Translations under genes and position numbers: made by a program
The notes under the pieces: generated by a model
Seen by the model: the letters and a program-made list of their open reading frames with translations, nothing else
Databases searched by the model: none
What the model was told of the DNA's origin: nothing
Shown here: positions 54,760 through 63,998 of the stretch, in pieces
How the letters are laid out: every line of letters begins with the position of its first letter
How positions within the stretch are numbered: position 1 is the first letter of the stretch
DNA from: an uncultured virus (IMG/VR IMGVR_UViG_3300006802_013268)
Lineage: Duplodnaviria; Heunggongvirae; Uroviricota; Caudoviricetes
IMG/VR virus record: IMGVR_UViG_3300006802_013268
Reading direction: 5' to 3' (one strand)
Length of the DNA stretch: 64,000 nt

Positions 54760-55747
54760 CGTATACACCACAATCAATAACTTCAAACTCTACATTCTGT
54801 GCATAAATTTTAGGTCTAAACTCCCACCTGGCATCTCCGGAATTATACTTATAATTGATATATGCAATTTCGTTTGTTGAATCTCCAACGCCAATACCAG
54901 AATTGTTTGCGGATGCTGAGTCTAAGACCCCATCAGCAATAACGATTCTTTTATCATCAACAGTTAGGATAGTTGAATTGATAATAGTCTGAGTTCCGTC
55001 GACTGTAAAATTACCAGTAACAAACAAGTCGCCATCAATGGTAGTTGAATCTAGGTAAGATATTCCATTAACGACTAGATCTTTACCTATTGTAGCAGAA
55101 TCTCCAACAGTTAATCTGTTATTGACAATTAAATTTTCGCCAACTGTTAATCTTCTGTCAATGGTAGTCGAATCTGTTACATAAAGAGTTCCATCAATCG
55201 TAGTTGAATCTAGACTAGTAATTCCATCAACATTCAAATTATAATCTAATTGCGAATTTCCAGTAACAAGTATGCTGCCGATTAGATTAATTTGACCAGT
55301 TCCGCCTCGCAACGTAAGATCATTAGTTTCTTCGGTAGATACAGAATCCTTGTCAAAATAAAGATAATCGACAAGGAGTTCGTTTAGTTTTTTATTATCG
55401 TCAACGAGAAGAGCAGAAGCAGGATTAACTATTCCTCTCTGATGGTTCATCATATCGGTAAAATATTTACCACCGATAGTTGCTATAACAGAAGAAAAAA
55501 TTCTATTGTATGAATCACCGTTTCCATCAATTTGGTTAGTTAATATATTGTTAGTACCAACTCCAATATAAAGTCGATCACCACCATTACCAAACCCATC
55601 ATCATCTGGGTCGGGCAAGTTTGAATATGCCATTTCTCCAACACGGAGTAATGAATAACCTGTTCCTTCTTCAACTGGTCTTCCAGTTAAATTAGAACGA
55701 CGTATAAGAATTTCACTATGAGCAGAATCGTGAGATGTATGTGCCAT
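54755..55747 (-). CDS. Fibre-like virion protein
   Basis: I.IRRS...G.P, GEMAYS, GGDRLYIG, IGGKYFTD, LDSTTIDG.L.V repeats, C-terminal IDCG.Y; ATG 55747 in a TAATG overlap. Confidence 0.7.
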   Translation of the reverse strand: MAHTSHDSAHSEILIRRSNLTGRPVEEGTGYSLLRVGEMAYSNLPDPDDDGFGNGGDRLYIGVGTNNILTNQIDGNGDSYNRIFSSVIATIGGKYFTDMMNHQRGIVNPASALLVDDNKKLNELLVDYLYFDKDSVSTEETNDLTLRGGTGQINLIGSILVTGNSQLDYNLNVDGITSLDSTTIDGTLYVTDSTTIDRRLTVGENLIVNNRLTVGDSATIGKDLVVNGISYLDSTTIDGDLFVTGNFTVDGTQTIINSTILTVDDKRIVIADGVLDSASANNSGIGVGDSTNEIAYINYKYNSGDARWEFRPKIYAQNVEFEVIDCGVYA

Positions 55748-55974
55748 TAGTACCAACCCCCATCAACTATCTGTCTTTCTGCTAAACTTTGTGCAGCCCA
55801 CACTTGCCTGTCTGCATCATAAACCAATATACTGCCATGTTTTCTTTGCGTAACATCAACCCCAGCCAAATCGGTAATATCTCCCTTTGACTCGATAATG
55901 CTTCCAATTGGTACGCCAACAACAATCTTATCGATTATCGTTTTGTTATTAACAACTTTAACTTTATATGCCAT
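55747..55974 (-). CDS. Small virion-associated protein
   Basis: L..VD......GSILVYD....W and C-terminal VDGG.Y fibre-type motifs. Confidence 0.6.
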   Translation of the reverse strand: MAYKVKVVNNKTIIDKIVVGVPIGSIIESKGDITDLAGVDVTQRKHGSILVYDADRQVWAAQSLAERQIVDGGWY

Positions 55975-56372
55975 TATGGAGTAACCGTCGGTGGTAAAAC
56001 TTGTTTTGTGACGGAAGGAGTGACGTTAACCATTCCTTCAAGTATTCTTTCCACGATGTGTGTCAAATTTCCCGAACCATCAGATTCGCTGATGTAAGAA
56101 ATTTCGACATCATAAACATAACGTTTTTTGGTGCTTAATGCTGAAGTTTGTAAATTGGTTAGCGAAAGATTGATAATTCCGTCGCTATCAGGATCTGAAA
56201 TGATAGAAGTAAATCGAATTGATTCAGTAGAATCTGCTGCATAATTAGGTTTCAACCAAGCATTAACAGAATAATTGTTTAAATTTTTCTTACTTTTATC
56301 TTGATTGATTAGATGAAGTTCTATTGCTACGTCTGAACCCTGATCTATGGTTAGATCTTCGTAATGCGCCAT
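55974..56372 (-). CDS. Small Ig-like virion protein
   Basis: LTIDQG.D, G.I.LSLT..QT..L, RYVYDVEI, RILEG...VTPSVT. Confidence 0.7.
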   Translation of the reverse strand: MAHYEDLTIDQGSDVAIELHLINQDKSKKNLNNYSVNAWLKPNYAADSTESIRFTSIISDPDSDGIINLSLTNLQTSALSTKKRYVYDVEISYISESDGSGNLTHIVERILEGMVNVTPSVTKQVLPPTVTP

Positions 56373-56403
56373 GAGTACTGTCCATGAAAAATACTTATGA
56401 CTT

Positions 56404-56411
56404 TATTTATA
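56404..56411 (-). promoter_or_regulatory. T4 late promoter
   Basis: TATAAATA upstream of ORF 56372. Confidence 0.85.
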
Positions 56412-56419
56412 AGAAATGA

Positions 56420-57094
56420 TTATTCTTCAGACTGAATTTCTTCAATAAACATTGACTGTATTAGTTGAGAAGATACTGTTCGATCGAAGGTAAACGAGAT
56501 AGTCATTCGATAACAATCAGTGTATGCTGCATGATATACAAGTTCTGTTTTTGGATCAGAATAGTCTCCAAAGTAACTACATTTACATTGCCATCCTGGT
56601 TTATCTTGTAGTCTAACAACTTTTTTGGTATTCATATCAAAATATTCAAAATATCCGTTGCCATTTTCCGACCAGGTAAGAATTATATTATATGCTGAAG
56701 CATTAGCATTATTGTGCCAGGAAATAAACCCTCCAGGAGGATATAGAGTAAACAATGCGTTGTTTCTAACAGAATAATTTTCTTTAAATTTATCTATTAG
56801 ATAATCGTGTTTTTTTGTTATATGATTGTGCGCTCTTAAATCATTCCCTTTATACTTAACTCTAGAAGTGTTGAATGAATATCCTTTCATAGTATCAGGA
56901 TAACCATCATGACTTACAGAATAATCAATGATTTTCTGCATATAATCATGACTAACATAATCAAGAGCTTGTTCTCTTGAGAAATTACTACCAACCATGT
57001 GCACATGATCTCTAGCAAACGAATCTGTAGCAAACCATTCGCACTCGCTTAGAAGTTTTTTAAATTCGGGGTTTTTTATTTCTATATTTTGCAT
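56420..57094 (-). CDS. 2OG-Fe(II) oxygenase-like (DSBH) protein
   Basis: LYPPGGFISWHNN, distal YHAA and R.T.S; H-x-N in place of H-x-D. Confidence 0.65.
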   Translation of the reverse strand: MQNIEIKNPEFKKLLSECEWFATDSFARDHVHMVGSNFSREQALDYVSHDYMQKIIDYSVSHDGYPDTMKGYSFNTSRVKYKGNDLRAHNHITKKHDYLIDKFKENYSVRNNALFTLYPPGGFISWHNNANASAYNIILTWSENGNGYFEYFDMNTKKVVRLQDKPGWQCKCSYFGDYSDPKTELVYHAAYTDCYRMTISFTFDRTVSSQLIQSMFIEEIQSEE

Positions 57095-57834
57095 CAGAAA
57101 TCAGTTTTTTTAATTGGAGCAGCAGAAAAATGCCAAACTACTGGTTCGCCTTCGCAATGATTCTCAACATATTTTGAAAATCTATTCCATCTAGCATCTT
57201 CGGTTCCGTCTAAACGTCCAACTTTCAGTTTTCCATTACAGTATTTTTCATCTTTGTTTATTAACCACCACAAAGAAAATTGATCCCATCTAGACAAAGT
57301 TTCTGGATAGTTATAATAATCAGGTTCACCATTTTCTTTAGTTGGCCACCAACGTCCAGCATATTGCTCTACTGTTAGTTCATACCAATCTTTCATATAA
57401 TCTTTAACTAGAGGATTTGTTGTGTCATATAGACAAGTTCCTCCGCAGTATTCAAATTTTCCGCCAGGAAAATGTAATTCTGCATAACAATATGATCTTT
57501 CTTCCGGTAGATAAGTGTATAAAACGTCATTTCCGTCAAACTTATCAAAAACTGTTGCTATATCTTCATGCATTATTTCGCAATCAGCATCAATATAGAA
57601 CGTTTGGTCATATGGTGTTTGCGTCATTCCCCATATTTTAGCTCTTCTGTGATCATTACAATAGATAATATTATCTGCAATGTGAGCGCCATCATCAATA
57701 AAACGCTCTTCGGTTACTAACGTACAATTTGCTTCAGGATAAAAATCTTTAATAGAAGAAATGCAATTTAATGCGGAAACATAGTAAAACCTTGTTCCTG
57801 AAGCTACAACAAGATATCCTTTACTCTTCGCCAT
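57094..57834 (-). CDS. GT-A fold glycosyltransferase (GT8-like)
   Basis: GYLVVA, A.....SI....P, TPYD.T.YIDAD (DxD), GG..LY, WDQFSLW, RWN, VVWH. Confidence 0.8.
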   Translation of the reverse strand: MAKSKGYLVVASGTRFYYVSALNCISSIKDFYPEANCTLVTEERFIDDGAHIADNIIYCNDHRRAKIWGMTQTPYDQTFYIDADCEIMHEDIATVFDKFDGNDVLYTYLPEERSYCYAELHFPGGKFEYCGGTCLYDTTNPLVKDYMKDWYELTVEQYAGRWWPTKENGEPDYYNYPETLSRWDQFSLWWLINKDEKYCNGKLKVGRLDGTEDARWNRFSKYVENHCEGEPVVWHFSAAPIKKTDF

Positions 57835-58270
57835 TATTTAATGCTTCCATAATCAACAGCGTTACATATGCATTGAGCTCAACTTCATTTTTAGCACGAC
57901 GAAGTTTTGCTCTTAAAGTTTTGTTTTTGCTGTTTCTAACTTCTTCAATGTCAAATGCTTTTATCTTTAAAGTGAATAATTCTTCAAATTTTGCAGATTT
58001 TTCTCTTTGTTGCGAAATAATTTTATCTTTCTGAGTCTCTGCTTCTTTTCTAATTCTTCTTTCTTCAGTATTCTTGTCGATTAAATCAATCCCTAACTGA
58101 TTGACTAGATCTTGAAACATTGGACATCTGTTTCCGTTTGGAAGAATTTCATCAAGATCAACTTGACGACTTGTTTTTTTACCATCATCATGTTCAGTTA
58201 TAAGAATGGCGGTTGCCGATTTTCTGTCTGGAGAACGCCAAAATGCGTGGTCCATATAATAGCTTTTCAT
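57821..58270 (-). CDS. Hypothetical protein (helical C-terminus)
   Basis: 149 aa; LF.LK..AF.I.EV.NS.N..L...LR.AK; first gene after a sigma70 promoter. Confidence 0.7.
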   Translation of the reverse strand: MKSYYMDHAFWRSPDRKSATAILITEHDDGKKTSRQVDLDEILPNGNRCPMFQDLVNQLGIDLIDKNTEERRIRKEAETQKDKIISQQREKSAKFEELFTLKIKAFDIEEVRNSKNKTLRAKLRRAKNEVELNAYVTLLIMEALNNGEE

Positions 58271-58297
58271 ATAGGTTTACCTTCACTAAGAAATTAT

Positions 58298-58326
58298 ATT
58301 ATATTCTATGTAGTTTAAAATATCAA
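58298..58326 (-). promoter_or_regulatory. Sigma70-type promoter for the unknown-GT-oxygenase cassette
   Basis: TTGATA (58321-58326), 17 bp, TATAAT (58298-58303). Confidence 0.75.
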
Positions 58327-61300
58327 GCGTTTCCAATTCCACTAATAGTACTGACAACAAATTCAACATTTTGATCAACATCATAAACTGCGCCAGCACC
58401 AACTTTTCTTATCTTAATATTGCATATGTCAGTTACAAAATCTTCTTGGGTGTGAGGAATACTTTGTCCATAAACTGTTCTCTGTGTTCCTAAAGTAACG
58501 AATCCGGATGTAGTTCCAGTAATAGTTCCTGAAATTTGCGTAACGCTAATTTCATAATTTGCACCAATTCCATTTGCTTTATCTATTTCTCGTAACCAGT
58601 TGTCTACAGGAGTTGACGATGTTGGGGAAATTCTCAACGCATCTCCATCTCCAACACAAACCAGATCGCCGTTTGTTTCAAATCTCATTCCGCATTGTAT
58701 GTTTCCGGTGTAAGGCGTATCTGCAAGAACTTTTACGAAATTCGTCGCAGTAAGAATTGCATCAGGATAATCTGGAGCATCTAAAGAAGTATCTAGTATA
58801 GTTACAAGAATAGCAGTTGCTATCTCAGTCCCGCCAGTAGAAGAATCGTATAGTCTTGCATAAAAAGTTTCAGGTCCTTCAGTTAGATTATCTTCGTTAA
58901 ACTGTATTTGACCAGTAAATCCTTCGTTAGTCGTTACTGTTATAGGAATTCTGCTACTAACATTCGTTGTAAAATCTGCATTCGATGTTGTGACATGATC
59001 AATTTCAAGATAAACAACCGAATGAGTTGTAGTTCCTACCCTAAACTCTATATATCCATCTTCTCTATAAGCGTGAGGAGCATTTTGTATTGCCAGTTGA
59101 GCAGAATCCCACACATTAAACTCTACGTTGTTTCCGTTATCTTGAGCATCATCAATTTTACAATAGAGCGTATAAGTTTCTATGTAAACAACTCCTGTAC
59201 CAACTCCTGAGTTTACATATTCAGAAATATAAAGATTTTGATCCACTCTACTAAAATCTTTGGAATAATCTCCAGTAAATTCTTGATCTGAAACATGAGT
59301 ATAAATTACATCGCTCTCTCTAGTGTAATCATAGGAATATTCTGCAGTGTAATCACCAGTAAACAAATTAGTGTAATCACCAGTAAAATCTTCTGTAGAA
59401 ATGTGTGTATAATCGCCAGTATAATCGCCAGAATATTCGTTAATATAATTACCAGTGAATTGCTCTCCTGAAACTCTAGAAAATTCTTGTTCCGAAACAC
59501 GTGCATAATCAAACTCATAATTTGTAGTATAATCACCACTAAACTGATTGCTGTAATCTCCAGTAAAAGTTCCAGTGACATTTCGAGTATATCCTCTCTC
59601 ATAATCACCAGTAAACAAATTAGAATAATCGCCCGTATAATCTACAACAGAAAGATGAGTATAATCTCCAAGATAATCGCCAGTAAATGTTTTAGTGTAG
59701 TCTCCGCTAAAATTTTCTCCCGAAACACGTGCATAATCAAACTCATAATTTGTAGTGTAATCACCAGTAAACTGCTTATTGTAGTCTCCAGTAAAAACCT
59801 GATCTGAAAGATGACTGTAATCTTGGGCATAATCTGCAGTATAATCGCCAGAATATGCTCTCAAATAATTACCAGTAAAATCTTGCGTAGAAATGTTAGA
59901 ATAGTCTTTACTATAATCTCCAGTATAATTACCGCTGTATGTTTTAGTGTAATCTCCAGTAAACGTTTCTGTTGAGTTTCTTACATATGAACGAGTGTAG
60001 TCTTTGTTATAATCGCCAGTAAATGTTTTAGTGTACTCTCCAGAAAATTGCTGAGTTGAAGTTCTAGAATAAACACGAGTGTAATCTTTAGTATAATCTC
60101 CAGTAAACTGCTTAGTGTAATCTCCAGAAAATTGCTCAGTTGAAGTTCTAGCATAATTAAAAACATAATCTGTAGAATAATCTCCGCTAAATGTGTCTGG
60201 ATAAACACCAGTAAAACTTTCGCCAGAAGAGCGAGTATAATTAAAAATATAATCACCAATATAATCGCCGGAATAAGTATCTGGGTAATTACCAGTAAAT
60301 ACTTGATTAGAAAGATGAGAATAATCAAACGCATATTCTGCAGCAAAATCGCCAGTAAAAGTGTCTGGATAATTACCAGTAAATACTTGATTAGAAAGAT
60401 GAGTATAATCTAAAGTATATTCTTTAGCATAATCACCAGTAAAAGTGTCTGGATAATTACCAGTAAATTGCTGTCCAGAAACACGTGCATAATTAAACTC
60501 ATAATTTGTAGTGTAATCACCAGCAAACGTTTTTGTATAATCTCCAGTAAATTCTTCGTTGTCTATTCTTGAATATGTACGAGTATAGTCTTTAGTATAA
60601 TTGCCAGTAAAGTTTTTAGTATAATCTCCAGAAAATACTTGATCAGAAAGATGAGAATAATTTGTAGCGCGAGTATAATCTATGGTATAATCGCCAGTGA
60701 AAGTATCTGGATAAGTTCCAGTAAACTGCTCTGCGGATATCCTAGCATAATTTGTAGCGCGAGTATAATCTATGGTATAATCGCCAGTGAAAGTATCTGG
60801 ATAAGTTCCAGTAAACTGTTCAGTTGAAATTCTAGCATAATTTGTGGCGCGAGTATAATCTATGGTATAATCACCAGTGAAAGTGTCCGGATAAGTTCCA
60901 GTAAACTGTTCAGTCGAAATTCTAGCATAATTTGTAGCGCGAGTATAGTCTATAGTATAATCGCCAGTAAACTGATCTGGATAAGTTCCAGTAAACTGCT
61001 CTGCGGATATCCTAGCATAATTTGTAGCGCGAGTATAGTCTATAGTATAATCGCCAGTGAAAGTATCCGGATAAGTTCCAGTAAAGTTTTCCCCAGAAAC
61101 CCTATTGAACGTTGGAACACGAGTATATTCTTTAGTATAATCACCTGTAAATCCATCAGGATAATTACCAGTAAACTGCTCTGCATCTGTTCTAGCATAA
61201 TTTTGCAGATAATCTACAGTATAATCACCTATAAATCCTTTAGTATAATCACCAGCAAAGTTTTTAATGTATGCGCCAACATAAACTACTACATAATCTC

Positions 61301-63998
61301 CAGTATATTGAAGCGTAATTTGTCTTGAATAGTTTCCAGTATATTGCGGTGTATCCTGACGTTGAAAATTCTTACTATAATCACCAGCATATTGAACACC
61401 AGAAACCCTATTGAACGTTGGAACACGAGTGTAATCTATAGTGTAATCACCAGCAAAGTTCTTAGAATAGTTTCCAATATAGACTATATTGGATTGTCTA
61501 TTAAATGTAGGAACACGAGTATAATCTATAGTGTAATCACCAGCAAAGTTTTTAGTAAAATCACCAGCATATTGAACACCAGAAACCCTATTGAACGTTG
61601 GAACACGAGTATAATCTATAGTGAAATCACCAGCAAAGTTCTTAGAAAAATTGCCTTCATAGAATATTAATGATATCCTATTAAATGTAGGAACACGAGT
61701 GTAATCTTTACTAAAATCGCCAGCAAAGTTTTTAGTAAAATCCCCAGCATATTGAACACCAGAAACCCTATTGAACGTTGGAACACGAGTGTAATCTTTA
61801 CTAAAATCGCCAGCAAAGTTCTTAGTAAAATCTCCAGCATAGAATACTCCTGATATCCTATTAAATGTAGGAACACGAGTAAATTCTTTAGTATAATCGC
61901 CAGCAAAGTTTTTGGTATAATCTCCAGCAAAATTGACTAGATTGCTTCTGGTAAAGTTTTTCGAAAACAACGTTGTTCTAGAAAAATCGCCAGCATAGTC
62001 ACCTGCAATAACTGACCCACCAACTGCCGATAATCGAGTTATAATCGACTTGCCCTGTGCATAAGAACACGAAAACAATGCTCGCCAGGTTCCTGTGTGA
62101 CCTGCTCCAATGGTGACCCTATAACTAGTCTCACCAGCATTTTTAACAACAGAGATCGTTCCAGTATGAGCTCCTTGCGTAGATGTAGTTGCTGGAGACA
62201 AAGCAGGTAAAGTTACGTTTATAATATCTCTTTGTTCAGCGCCATCAATAGTAGTTGTAGTATCGGACCCAAGCACCGCCCACGGAGAACTTGTCGCATT
62301 AAAAGTTTCAACCCCAATGTAAGAATCTACCCTGCTGTAGTTCTTGGTAAAATCTCCTGCATAATAAACACCGCTGGTCCTGGCATAATTAACTTGAGTC
62401 GCTCTACCAAAGTTTTTAATATAATCCGGAGTATAATTACCAGTAAATTGGTTTAAATCATTTCTAATATAATTAACTTGATTTGCTCTAGCAAAGTTTT
62501 TAGTATAATTAGCAGTATATTCACCAGTAAAGTTGTTTAAATCATCTCTAGCATAATTAACTTGATTCGCTCTAGCAAAGTTTTTAGTATAATTAGCAGT
62601 ATATTCACCACTATATATGACTATATTGTTTCTAGCATAATTAACTAGAGTCGCTCTAGCAAAGTTTTTAGAATAATTCGCAGTATATTCACCAGTAAAG
62701 TTGTTTAAATCATCTCTAGCATAATTAACTTCATTTGCTCTAGCAAAGTTTTTAGAATAATTAGCAGTATAGTTACCAGTATATGTGGTTACACTGGCTC
62801 TAATATAGTTGGTCAACGGCGCTCTTTGAAAGTTTTTAGAATAATTAGCAGTATAGTTACCAGTAAAATTGTTTAAATCATCTCTAGCATAATTAACTGT
62901 AAAATCTCCTAGAAAATTAAATCCAGAAGTACGAGTATAGTTACCAGTAAATGTCTGCGCAGAAGTTCTAGTAAAAGCCGATTGTTCGCCACCTTGAACA
63001 CCAGTAAATTCTATACCAGCAAAATCGCCAGGATTATTATCGCTCCAATAGAATAGGGCGTAACCAGATCCTACCGTGATTGTATATGGATTCAAATAAT
63101 ATGCATCAATTGTAGAATTGCCCTGGTTGGTGAGCGGTTGATTAAGATAAATGCCTCCATAGAATGAGTCTACGTCTACATTTATTATAGTTCCGTTTGC
63201 TAGATTTCCTAAACTTTCAAAACTACCCGCAGGGATGCTTAAAGAAATATCAATTTCTGTTGGAGTTACATCTCTACTATATTCTACATCTGGCGCCCTA
63301 GCATAGTTTACATTGCTTAGTCTAGCATAATTCTTAAGATATTCAAGAGAATAATCTCCAGTAAAATTTGCTGTTGATTGGCGAGTGTAATCAACATTGC
63401 TTGAACGTATATAATTTTTGAGATAATCAGGAGTATAATTACCAGTAAATTGTTGTAGTGAAGTTCTACTATAATCTATGTTGCTTAAATGACTAAAATC
63501 TTTACTGTAATTAGGAGTATAGTCTCCAGTAAATTGTTCAGTTGAAGTTCTGTTATAATCTATGGCGCTTAAATGACTAAAATCTTTACTATAATTAGGA
63601 GTATAATCGCCAGTAAACTGCTGTGCAGAAGTTCTACTATATTCTACATCACTTAAATGACTAAAATCTTTACTATAATTAGGAGTATAATCGCCAGTAA
63701 ACTGCTGTGCAGAAGTTCTACTATATTCTATATCACTTAAATGACTAAAATCTTTACTGTAATTAGGAGTATAGTCTCCAGTAAATTGTTCAGTTGAAGT
63801 TCTACTATATTCTATATCACTTAAATGACTAAAATCTTTACTGTAATTAGGAGTATAATCGCCAGTAAATGTTTCAGTCTCTTGTCTCGCATAATTGACA
63901 GCACTTGTACGAGCATAATTAACTGTGTAGTCGCCAGTATATTCACCTGCAAAATCTTGAGTAGAAAGATGAGTATAATTTACATCGCTTTGCCTGAC
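58323..63998 (-). CDS. Giant aromatic-tetrapeptide repeat protein (5' end beyond the window)
   Basis: I translated 63096-63998 by hand: the frame has no stop and continues the same repeats, so the TTG at 63095 is internal. (Y/F)-x-G-(D/N) and Y-x-R repeats, then a Calx-beta-like domain and a C-terminal domain. Confidence 0.9.
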   Translation of the reverse strand, partial: VRQSDVNYTHLSTQDFAGEYTGDYTVNYARTSAVNYARQETETFTGDYTPNYSKDFSHLSDIEYSRTSTEQFTGDYTPNYSKDFSHLSDIEYSRTSAQQFTGDYTPNYSKDFSHLSDVEYSRTSAQQFTGDYTPNYSKDFSHLSAIDYNRTSTEQFTGDYTPNYSKDFSHLSNIDYSRTSLQQFTGNYTPDYLKNYIRSSNVDYTRQSTANFTGDYSLEYLKNYARLSNVNYARAPDVEYSRDVTPTEIDISLSIPAGSFESLGNLANGTIINVDVDSFYGGIYLNQPLTNQGNSTIDAYYLNPYTITVGSGYALFYWSDNNPGDFAGIEFTGVQGGEQSAFTRTSAQTFTGNYTRTSGFNFLGDFTVNYARDDLNNFTGNYTANYSKNFQRAPLTNYIRASVTTYTGNYTANYSKNFARANEVNYARDDLNNFTGEYTANYSKNFARATLVNYARNNIVIYSGEYTANYTKNFARANQVNYARDDLNNFTGEYTANYTKNFARANQVNYIRNDLNQFTGNYTPDYIKNFGRATQVNYARTSGVYYAGDFTKNYSRVDSYIGVETFNATSSPWAVLGSDTTTTIDGAEQRDIINVTLPALSPATTSTQGAHTGTISVVKNAGETSYRVTIGAGHTGTWRALFSCSYAQGKSIITRLSAVGGSVIAGDYAGDFSRTTLFSKNFTRSNLVNFAGDYTKNFAGDYTKEFTRVPTFNRISGVFYAGDFTKNFAGDFSKDYTRVPTFNRVSGVQYAGDFTKNFAGDFSKDYTRVPTFNRISLIFYEGNFSKNFAGDFTIDYTRVPTFNRVSGVQYAGDFTKNFAGDYTIDYTRVPTFNRQSNIVYIGNYSKNFAGDYTIDYTRVPTFNRVSGVQYAGDYSKNFQRQDTPQYTGNYSRQITLQYTGDYVVVYVGAYIKNFAGDYTKGFIGDYTVDYLQNYARTDAEQFTGNYPDGFTGDYTKEYTRVPTFNRVSGENFTGTYPDTFTGDYTIDYTRATNYARISAEQFTGTYPDQFTGDYTIDYTRATNYARISTEQFTGTYPDTFTGDYTIDYTRATNYARISTEQFTGTYPDTFTGDYTIDYTRATNYARISAEQFTGTYPDTFTGDYTIDYTRATNYSHLSDQVFSGDYTKNFTGNYTKDYTRTYSRIDNEEFTGDYTKTFAGDYTTNYEFNYARVSGQQFTGNYPDTFTGDYAKEYTLDYTHLSNQVFTGNYPDTFTGDFAAEYAFDYSHLSNQVFTGNYPDTYSGDYIGDYIFNYTRSSGESFTGVYPDTFSGDYSTDYVFNYARTSTEQFSGDYTKQFTGDYTKDYTRVYSRTSTQQFSGEYTKTFTGDYNKDYTRSYVRNSTETFTGDYTKTYSGNYTGDYSKDYSNISTQDFTGNYLRAYSGDYTADYAQDYSHLSDQVFTGDYNKQFTGDYTTNYEFDYARVSGENFSGDYTKTFTGDYLGDYTHLSVVDYTGDYSNLFTGDYERGYTRNVTGTFTGDYSNQFSGDYTTNYEFDYARVSEQEFSRVSGEQFTGNYINEYSGDYTGDYTHISTEDFTGDYTNLFTGDYTAEYSYDYTRESDVIYTHVSDQEFTGDYSKDFSRVDQNLYISEYVNSGVGTGVVYIETYTLYCKIDDAQDNGNNVEFNVWDSAQLAIQNAPHAYREDGYIEFRVGTTTHSVVYLEIDHVTTSNADFTTNVSSRIPITVTTNEGFTGQIQFNEDNLTEGPETFYARLYDSSTGGTEIATAILVTILDTSLDAPDYPDAILTATNFVKVLADTPYTGNIQCGMRFETNGDLVCVGDGDALRISPTSSTPVDNWLREIDKANGIGANYEISVTQISGTITGTTSGFVTLGTQRTVYGQSIPHTQEDFVTDICNIKIRKVGAGAVYDVDQNVEFVVSTISGIGNA
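59230..61960 (-). repeat. Coding tandem repeats with 90-bp (30-aa) units, degenerating toward the C-terminus
   Basis: YAGDFTKNFAGDFSKDYTRVPTFNRVSGVQ (~61380-61920) and FTGTYPDTFTGDYTIDYTRATNYARISTEQ (~60660-61130). Confidence 0.9.
62330..63998 (-). repeat. Coding tandem repeats with 84-bp (28-aa) units, in two blocks
   Basis: FTGEYTANYTKNFARANQVNYARDDLNN (~62340-62900) and FTGDYTPNYSKDFSHLSDIEYSRTSTEQ (~63420-63870), separated by a non-repeat domain. Confidence 0.9.

Noticed and set aside
63093..63095. TTG start of the giant repeat protein given in the ORF track
   Set aside because: The frame stays open with the same repeats to 63998, so the true start is outside the window.
60660..63870. 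Near-identical 84/90-bp direct repeats as a CRISPR array or non-coding repeat array
   Set aside because: Units are contiguous multiples of 3 within one open frame, with no unique spacers and no cas genes.
58323..63998. Diversity-generating retroelement template/variable repeat pair
   Set aside because: No reverse transcriptase in the window. Repeat copies are tandem and in frame, and differences look largely synonymous rather than adenine-specific.
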